A stretch of 45,942 bases of DNA, from the UHGV virus genome UHGV-0205279; one strand, 5' to 3'. Under the pieces are notes generated by a model. The model saw nothing but the letters and a program-made list of their open reading frames with translations. It made no database searches and was not told the DNA's origin. This DNA is from a virus. Positions 10,358 through 16,597 of this stretch are shown here, in pieces. A program made the position numbers and the translations under genes. Every line of letters starts with the position of its first letter. The stretch's first letter is position 1.

Positions 10358-10755
10358 TGAATTTCAATCAATTATTAGAAACAGCAATTGTCGTTTTATC
10401 AGTTGCAGCGGTTTTTATTGCTTCTATTTATAGTAAGCACAAAATTGAGATTGATAGAAAAGCAGCACAGGGTGACTTACTTGCTAAGTCTGAGCAACTT
10501 GCAGCACGTTCTGTAACCCCCCTTGTCTACCAAGCTGAGAAGAGGGGAGGGAGTGGCGAAGACAAGCTAGAATTCGTAATTAGCACTCTCAATATTCTTT
10601 TAACTATGGCTCACTTGCCAAGTCTACCAACAAGCTTCTTAAAGGGGCTAGCTGAAAAGGCTGTGACTGCTATGAAACAAGCACAATCAATTGCAGATAC
10701 AGTGGATAAGCCTAAGACGACCATTGTTGGCGAGTTAAAGGAAGTTAAGAAGTAG
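10357..10755 (+). CDS. Holin, LL-H type
   Basis: N-terminal TM, GSGEDK and AEKAVTAMK motifs; directly before the lysin. Confidence 0.8.
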   Translation: MNFNQLLETAIVVLSVAAVFIASIYSKHKIEIDRKAAQGDLLAKSEQLAARSVTPLVYQAEKRGGSGEDKLEFVISTLNILLTMAHLPSLPTSFLKGLAEKAVTAMKQAQSIADTVDKPKTTIVGELKEVKK

Positions 10756-10764
10756 GAGGTAACT

Positions 10765-11700
10765 ATGAAAGTTGTAAAAAGAAGTTATGGTGTAGATGTA
10801 TCTAGCTATCAAGATAATAATGCAGCTAATTATTCTGGTGCTAAGTTTGCAATTGTCAAAGTATCGGAAGGCTTAGACTATCGTAACCCTAAAGCTGGTA
10901 GTCAAGTATCTACCGCAAAAACTAATGGTATATTGCCAATGGCTTATCACTATGGAAGATTTAGTAGCAATAGTAACGTAGCCGTTCAGGAAGGTAATTA
11001 TGCAGTTAACTCAGCTAAAGCAGCTGGACTTAATGTAGGTTCTTACTTAGCATTAGATTATGAACAAGGTAGTGGTAATGAAACTGGTGGAGATGCTGGT
11101 GCTAATACTACTGCAATCCTAGCTTTCTTAGATACGATCGTAAGTGCTGGTTACCAACCATTGTTGTACTCAGGTGCTGCATTACTTAAGTCTAAGATTG
11201 ATACTGGTAAGGTATTAGCAAAATATCCAAATTGCTTATGGGTAGCGTCTTATCCTGTATCTGGTGCAACAAGTGAGGCAAACTTCGGTTACTTTCCCTC
11301 AATGAACGGGGTAGTAATCTGGCAATTTACCGATAACTGGCGCGGATTAAACGTTGACGGTAACATCAGCTTGGTTGATCTTAAGACTGACGGTAAGCCA
11401 GTAGACCAACCATCTAAACCAACTATTAAGCAATCAACACCGCAATCTTGGGTTGATGATATTGGTGATACTTGGTACAAGGAAGAAGGTAAGTTCTATC
11501 CCAACGGTACTATCAACATCAGATACGGCGCTAGAACTACCAGCGATATTATTGGTACAGTAACCAAAGGCGATTGCGTTAAGTATGATGCTTACAGTCG
11601 TCATGGTGGCTATGTCTGGATTAGACAGCCAAGAGCTAACGGAGAATACGGCTTCTTAGTTTGTCGTCAAGGTAACGATCCATGGGGGACATTTAAATAA
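10765..11700 (+). CDS. Endolysin: GH25 muramidase plus C-terminal SH3_5 domain
   Basis: GVDVSSYQ, ALDYE and WQFTD...DGN (GH25); VKYDAYSRHGGYVWIRQ (SH3_5). Confidence 0.95.
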   Translation: MKVVKRSYGVDVSSYQDNNAANYSGAKFAIVKVSEGLDYRNPKAGSQVSTAKTNGILPMAYHYGRFSSNSNVAVQEGNYAVNSAKAAGLNVGSYLALDYEQGSGNETGGDAGANTTAILAFLDTIVSAGYQPLLYSGAALLKSKIDTGKVLAKYPNCLWVASYPVSGATSEANFGYFPSMNGVVIWQFTDNWRGLNVDGNISLVDLKTDGKPVDQPSKPTIKQSTPQSWVDDIGDTWYKEEGKFYPNGTINIRYGARTTSDIIGTVTKGDCVKYDAYSRHGGYVWIRQPRANGEYGFLVCRQGNDPWGTFK

Positions 11701-11702
11701 TA

Positions 11703-11831
11703 TGATATAATAAACTTAATAGAGCTAAGTAAATCTAAGTGATCTTAGTTCGCGTGGTCTAGTTTGTAGGACTGGCTGGAGCACGTTTAAATCCTACAAT
11801 CGAAATAACCACTCTGGGGTAATTCCTGGAG
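11703..11831 (+). ncRNA. Candidate structured sRNA downstream of the lysin (3' terminator split by the IS)
   Basis: Extended -10 TGATATAAT (11703-11711), no ORF, several stems, ends in the terminator hairpin. Confidence 0.45.
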
Positions 11832-13304
11832 TGTAGTGACCCACAAAAATTGGACACTTTATTAATATTATGCAACTAAGGATTGATTCCGATATTGAAT
11901 CGGAGTCAGTCCTTTTAGTTTACTCTTTGTTCTTTCGTAATTATAAAAGTGAATATAATCTTTAATCGCTTGTTCTAATTCATTCAGATTGGCATAGTTT
12001 GATTCTTTGCCATAAAACATCTCTCTTTTAAGTATGCCAAAGAAGCCTTCCATAAGCCCATCGTCTGGAGAACAGCCTTTCCTAGACATACTTTGTTCAA
12101 TGCCACGTCTTGCAAGTTCATATTGATAAGTCTTATGTTGATATTGCCAGCCACGATCTGAATGAAATACTAATCCATTCAATGAATCATTAACTTTAAA
12201 TGCATCATCAAGCATAGTCAGTACCTGCTGCAAGTTGGGACGACGAGAGATATTATAAGCGACAATATCTCTCCCACAGCCATCGATAATAGGCGATAGA
12301 TAAAGCTTTTGTCCTCTTAAGTTGAATTCAGTAATATCCGTGTACCACTTCATATTTGGTCTAATAGCAAAGAAGTTGCGTTTAATTAAGTTAGGTTTAA
12401 TTCTTCCTTCAATTTCACCCTCAAAGCTGTTGTAGCGTCTTCTACGTTTCATACGATATCCAATCAAATTAAGTTTACGCATTAAACGATAGACTGTTTT
12501 TCGATTGATTATAAAGCCTTCACTATGTAAGTGATCAGTTATTGTTCGATAACCTGGAGCAGTGTATCTATCTTTAAGTTCAAAGAATATTTCTTTAATT
12601 CGTTTAATTAGACTGTGGTGCTTTATCTCATCTTGATCTTCGCGCTTTAAAATATTGTAATAATTGCTTCTGGATAAGCTAGGTAAAGCATTATTCGGAT
12701 CATTTAAAATCGACAAGATAGTTTTAACACCCAACCCAAGTTCTAGCCTTAATTCTCTAACAGCTTGTGCTATTTCTGTTTTGGTTGGTTTTTTCTCTTT
12801 TGAACCAAGGCATCCAATTTTTTTATAAATGCATTCTCGACAGTAAGCTTTAAATTCTGGTGACGCAATTCTTCGTTTTCTTTCTTCAATTTCTCTAGCT
12901 CTTTGTTCACGGGTTCGTCGTCCTTTCCTCTTGATAACGACATTATACCCGTTTTCTTTATAAGAGCGAATCCAGTTAATAAGCATCCCTTGACTTTTCA
13001 AGCCCAATTCTAAAGATACAGAGTAAGCAGCTTCATGATTGACTAAAACCCGATTGATAGCTTCTAGCTTAAATTGGGCTGAATAATAAGTATGGGGCTT
13101 ATCTAATATATCCATTCCATGCCTATGAATGAGTGAAACTAAGTACTTAATACTAACTGAGCCTATTCCATACTTTTTACTTAAATATGTCGATCTTTTA
13201 TTTTCAATAGTCCATTCTTTATAAATATTCAATTTATCTTTTTTAGTTAATTTAGACATAGTAAAACCCCCGAAATCCGTGTCCGAATTTCGGGGGTCAC
13301 TACA
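11832..13304 (-). mobile_element. IS3-family (IS150-like) insertion sequence, 1473 bp, with 3-bp target duplication GAG
   Basis: 26-bp terminal inverted repeats TGTAGTGACCCACAAAAATTGGACAC / TGTAGTGACCCCCGAAATTCGGACAC (22/26 identical) with TG...CA ends; GAG at 11829-11831 and 13305-13307. Confidence 0.95.
11868..13259 (-). CDS. IS3-family transposase, OrfA and OrfB fused in one frame
   Basis: HTH N-terminus; DDE motifs KWYTDITEF, FHSDRGWQY and MEGFFGILKRE. Confidence 0.92.
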   Translation of the reverse strand: MSKLTKKDKLNIYKEWTIENKRSTYLSKKYGIGSVSIKYLVSLIHRHGMDILDKPHTYYSAQFKLEAINRVLVNHEAAYSVSLELGLKSQGMLINWIRSYKENGYNVVIKRKGRRTREQRAREIEERKRRIASPEFKAYCRECIYKKIGCLGSKEKKPTKTEIAQAVRELRLELGLGVKTILSILNDPNNALPSLSRSNYYNILKREDQDEIKHHSLIKRIKEIFFELKDRYTAPGYRTITDHLHSEGFIINRKTVYRLMRKLNLIGYRMKRRRRYNSFEGEIEGRIKPNLIKRNFFAIRPNMKWYTDITEFNLRGQKLYLSPIIDGCGRDIVAYNISRRPNLQQVLTMLDDAFKVNDSLNGLVFHSDRGWQYQHKTYQYELARRGIEQSMSRKGCSPDDGLMEGFFGILKREMFYGKESNYANLNELEQAIKDYIHFYNYERTKSKLKGLTPIQYRNQSLVA

Positions 13305-13341
13305 GAGTGGCTATTTTTTTGCATTATTTTTCTACTTTTTG

Positions 13342-13370
13342 TTGACAACGTACGTAAAAGCGTGTATTAT
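13342..13370 (+). promoter_or_regulatory. Sigma-A promoter of the moron cassette
   Basis: TTGACA-17-TATTAT. Confidence 0.75.
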
Positions 13371-13418
13371 AATAATTGAAAGGAGGAAAACGATACAGGA
13401 TAGAAAGGAGAATTTAAG

Positions 13419-13517
13419 ATGAAGAAAAAAAGGCATAAGAAAAAACCAAGAATAAAGATGCACTTCAAAATCAATCTTTGGTTCTTGGTTTACGAAATTT
13501 CCATTGAATGGAACTAA
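13419..13517 (+). CDS. 32-aa basic peptide MKKKRHKKKPRIKMHFKINLWFLVYEISIEWN
   Basis: AAAGGAG RBS just downstream of the promoter; below the ORF-track cutoff. Confidence 0.6.
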   Translation: MKKKRHKKKPRIKMHFKINLWFLVYEISIEWN

Positions 13518-13593
13518 TAATTGAAGAGGGAGGGAACGGAACTCCCTTCCTTTTCTATATCTTCATTTTACTAAGCAAAAAGGAATTTTACAA

Positions 13594-13722
13594 ATGAAAA
13601 ATCTAAAAATTCAGAAGAAATATAACAATAAAGAGATAAAATTTGAATTTTATCCAAGAAGGTTTTTAATTGTTTTAGGTACAATAATAACTTTACTGGT
13701 TCTCTGGAAGGTGGTGTTTTAA
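13594..13722 (+). CDS. 42-aa peptide with a C-terminal TM helix (MKNLKIQKK...RRFLIVLGTIITLLVLWKVVF)
   Basis: AAAGGA RBS; its stop abuts the next ATG. Confidence 0.6.
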   Translation: MKNLKIQKKYNNKEIKFEFYPRRFLIVLGTIITLLVLWKVVF

Positions 13723-13908
13723 ATGGCTAAAATTACAGAAGCAAGAGCTAAGGCTAATAAAAAATGGGACGAAAAAAATAAAGCTAGAAAATTATACATC
13801 AATAAACGTTCAACTGCTAAAAGCTTCATATTGAATTTAGCAACTGAAGAAGACCTAAAAAATATAAAGCAGTATATTGCTGATCGAGAAAAGCAATTAG
13901 ACATCTGA
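13723..13908 (+). CDS. 61-aa basic helical protein adjacent to attP
   Basis: Coupled to the upstream ORF; ARAKANKKWDEKNK...RSTAKSFI..ATEEDL pattern seen in small Firmicutes phage proteins. Confidence 0.75.
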   Translation: MAKITEARAKANKKWDEKNKARKLYINKRSTAKSFILNLATEEDLKNIKQYIADREKQLDI

Positions 13909-14151
13909 AAAAGGGACAGAAAAGGGACAAACTAGTGGCAATAATTGACATTTAGTGGCATTTGATGACAACTAGTCAACATCTAAAATTATTGATTTAT
14001 CAATGGTTTTGCTTTAATATCAATATTGGTGTGATTTCGTCACATTGAACCTCCTAAGAAGTGTAGGATAATAAATAAAGCCCCGTAGCAGTAGTGCTAT
14101 AGGGCTTTTATGTGTGATTGTTAAACTTGAAAAGGGACAGAAAAGGGACAG
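13907..14151. other. attP: arm-type repeats flanking core CCTCCTAAGAAGTGTA (14050-14065)
   Basis: Tandem AAAAGGGACA repeats at 13907-13930 and 14129-14150 next to the integrase 3' end. The core's reverse complement, TACACTTCTTAGGAGG, matches the phi-adh core as recalled. Confidence 0.85.
14075..14111. terminator. Bidirectional hairpin terminator downstream of int
   Basis: ATAAAGCCCCGTAGCA-GTAG-TGCTATAGGGCTTTTAT. Confidence 0.65.
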
Positions 14152-14153
14152 TT

Positions 14154-15311
14154 TTATTCAAAATTTTGCATAGCTTCATCGAATTCTAAGTGTTGTTTAT
14201 GGGTAACGTGTAAATAAATTTTTCTTGTAATATCAGAATTGGCATGACCAACTCTATCTGTAATTAAACTTAATGGATATCCTTCTTCTGCAAGTTTGGA
14301 AACGTGAGTGTGTCGGAATATATGCGAGGTAGCTTTTTTCTTCCATTTCTGTTCGTTTACAAACTCTCTTAGAAATCTACTTACAGCTGATGTATTTATC
14401 GGTCCATTAGTATTACTGTATTTATTATGAAATAGGAAATCATTAGCGTTTTGTCCCTTAGAAAATTCTTTATATATCACAACTGCTTCTTTAGGCAAAA
14501 CAATAGTTCGTTGACTAGAGGAAGTTTTGGTAAACTCCTGTCTTTCATTGCGATGACCTTCAGTGCTAATTAAAGTACCTGAAATATTAACATACCATAG
14601 CTTTGTTTCTTTATTTTGAAATATATTCTTTACGAGCAACCCACATCCTTCTCCTAGACGCATACCAGTAAGGTATAGCATTTTGAATAAAGCGTAAAAA
14701 TCATTTCTCTTTTTTTCCAAACAATGGTTAAATAATTTACTCAATTCTTTATCAGTAAGATACCAGTTCTCTATTCGGTCTTGTTTCTTAGCACGTTCAT
14801 TTTTAAAATTAATTTTTACTTTTAAAGCCGGGTTCTTTCTTGCATACCCAAATTGAATTGCAAAATCAAAAAGCTTTGTAAGAACTACATGATATTTATG
14901 TGCAGTAGCATTAGATAATTCATCTTTATAAAGAAGATCATTAATATATGTATTAAGTTCAATAGTAGTAATAGAATCAGCCGATCTTTTCCCGAAAGTC
15001 CTAGAAATTTTACTAAGACAAGCGAAATAAGTATCTAAAGTTTTAGGTGCTAAACCCTGATCAGACATATTAGTTTGTAAATCTTCAATAAGTTTATCCA
15101 TCGTAATTTGTTTAATAGATTGAATATTTAACTTATCTTGGATCATCTTTTTGACTTTCACATCAGCTAAATTTCGAGCCTTAGCAGTGTTTTTAGTAAT
15201 TGTGGTAGAACTCTTATGTACGCCCAGGAAAGAGGGATCAGTATACCTAATTGAGTATTTAAATTTGCCATTTTTTAAAGGTTCAATCTGAGGAGTGTAA
15301 TATTTTACCAT
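14154..15311 (-). CDS. int: Tyrosine integrase
   Basis: TGMRLGE, HIFRHTH, GHAN and IYLH catalytic motifs; 385 aa. Confidence 0.97.
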   Translation of the reverse strand: MVKYYTPQIEPLKNGKFKYSIRYTDPSFLGVHKSSTTITKNTAKARNLADVKVKKMIQDKLNIQSIKQITMDKLIEDLQTNMSDQGLAPKTLDTYFACLSKISRTFGKRSADSITTIELNTYINDLLYKDELSNATAHKYHVVLTKLFDFAIQFGYARKNPALKVKINFKNERAKKQDRIENWYLTDKELSKLFNHCLEKKRNDFYALFKMLYLTGMRLGEGCGLLVKNIFQNKETKLWYVNISGTLISTEGHRNERQEFTKTSSSQRTIVLPKEAVVIYKEFSKGQNANDFLFHNKYSNTNGPINTSAVSRFLREFVNEQKWKKKATSHIFRHTHVSKLAEEGYPLSLITDRVGHANSDITRKIYLHVTHKQHLEFDEAMQNFE

Positions 15312-15330
15312 TTGATTTTTACCTCCATTT

Positions 15331-15467
15331 TGCTAAAATAGGGTAGACGAAAGGGACTGATTTAATAATCAGACTTTCATCTAGCATATATATGTGTTTG
15401 CTTTGAACATTGGTTAGAGTGATGACCGACCCGTTAAGTGTTACCAGCGCTTTGCGGGTCTTTTTTT
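15331..15467 (+). ncRNA. Candidate antisense sRNA over the integrase leader
   Basis: Extended -10 TGCTAAAAT (15331-15339); stem 15344-15383; terminator 15428-15467. Confidence 0.55.
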
Positions 15468-15476
15468 GCATCTAAT

Positions 15477-16160
15477 TTAATCATCGTCACCGTCTGAATC
15501 ATCATTTGATGGTTTAGTAATAGTTTGTGTGCCGATTGTTTTAATAGTTAACGGCTTACCATATGAATCCATAGAATCACTATCGTAAGGCCGAAGTAGA
15601 TACGTATCTACATTTTTATCGCCATCATCTTTGTCTAATTGAAAAGACATCGCAAATGGAACCGTTTGACCCGGATCGACTTTATTTAATTTTGCGTTAA
15701 TCTTATCTTTCCAGGGAGTTAAATCTTCTTCAAATTGAGAACGTTCACCGCCTACTTCATGAGTAGATTTAGCCAACTTTTGTTCTAATTTTAAGTTATC
15801 CATGAAAAAATCTTCCGGAGTAACACCTTTTTTAGCTTTATTAGTGAATGAAGCATCAATAACTATATAGTTCACATCACCGTCTGGAGTAGCATCCTTA
15901 AGGGTAACTTTAGTTAACTTTTCAATCTTAATTGAACCTTTGCTAGTTTTAAAAGTATTACCTATGAATTTGTTAGTAGAATGTGATTTAGTCTTTTCTT
16001 TAGCTTCTTTATCTGCTTTATTAAGCGTCTTTTCTAGTTTATCAGCATTTCTACTAGTTGCCTGTTTATTACCACCATTGCCAGCCTGGTTAGAACAAGC
16101 ACTAGTTCCTAAACCTAACGCAACTAATGTCGTCGCTGCAACAATATATCTCTTTTTCAT
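15477..16160 (-). CDS. Lipoprotein (DUF5067-like), candidate superinfection-exclusion protein
   Basis: Start ATG 16160 behind GGAGG; MKKR-hydrophobic-TSAC lipobox; lies between int and cI. Confidence 0.8.
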   Translation of the reverse strand: MKKRYIVAATTLVALGLGTSACSNQAGNGGNKQATSRNADKLEKTLNKADKEAKEKTKSHSTNKFIGNTFKTSKGSIKIEKLTKVTLKDATPDGDVNYIVIDASFTNKAKKGVTPEDFFMDNLKLEQKLAKSTHEVGGERSQFEEDLTPWKDKINAKLNKVDPGQTVPFAMSFQLDKDDGDKNVDTYLLRPYDSDSMDSYGKPLTIKTIGTQTITKPSNDDSDGDDD

Positions 16161-16271
16161 GATTACCTCCACGATTGCCTTAGGTTTAACGTCACTGGTA
16201 TTGTGGACGACGAACAAATATAGTAGATGCGCGATCGGAACGAGCGCGCAGCTAGGGCGCCCGCGGTTAGA

Positions 16272-16322
16272 TTATTTATTGATTTCATGAATCAAAAGAA
16301 GTAAGATGATTATTTGGTTCAT
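16272..16322 (-). CDS. Candidate 16-aa hydrophobic peptide MNQIIILLLLIHEINK (type I toxin-like)
   Basis: GGAGG RBS at 16331-16335; RBS and ATG lie inside a long hairpin. Confidence 0.4.
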   Translation of the reverse strand: MNQIIILLLLIHEINK

Positions 16323-16438
16323 GTTTGTCACCTCCGAAGACACGGGCACAGCTTGCTGTGCTAAACTCAGGAGAGTGACATAACATGAAGAGAGCGGGCG
16401 TCCTAAGAGCTTTTAACTTCTAGGGATGCCTGTTTTTT
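16279..16438 (+). ncRNA. Candidate sRNA B (about 16314-16438) with its promoter
   Basis: TTGATT-17-TAAGAT (16279-16307); hairpin 16318-16389; terminator 16395-16438. Confidence 0.6.
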
Positions 16439-16454
16439 ATGCTTGATGTGATGT

Positions 16455-16597
16455 AAAAAAAGAGGCATGTGATACATTTCAAAAGAAATAATCACATGCC
16501 TCGCTCATCACTCTGAGCAATACATTAAAGACCATTTTCATGGTCGACATCAATCTGTCGATACCTGTATTATGACATATGACTATTTATTATTCAA
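16455..16597 (-). ncRNA. Candidate sRNA A (about 16563-16455) with a promoter overlapping the PemK-like stop codon
   Basis: TTGAAT-17-CATAAT with extended TG; three hairpins; 12-bp terminator stem plus U7. Confidence 0.65.

Noticed and set aside
11750..11800. Pistol ribozyme (CGUGG...CACG UUUAAAU resemblance)
   Set aside because: The P2/P3 stems and cleavage-site strand are not apparent; kept only as a pseudoknot candidate.
13719..13904. Minus-strand 61-aa ORF
   Set aside because: Mirror of the coupled plus-strand gene 13723-13908.
13907..14151. CRISPR-like or other repeat array
   Set aside because: The repeats are short and lack unique spacers; they are explained as attP sites. No CRISPR array or cas gene was seen in the window.
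16161..16217. N-terminal extension of the lipoprotein given in the ORF track
   Set aside because: The RBS and signal peptide place the start at ATG 16160.
15940..16290. 116-aa hydrophobic plus-strand ORF
   Set aside because: Antisense shadow of the Lys-rich lipoprotein gene; no RBS.
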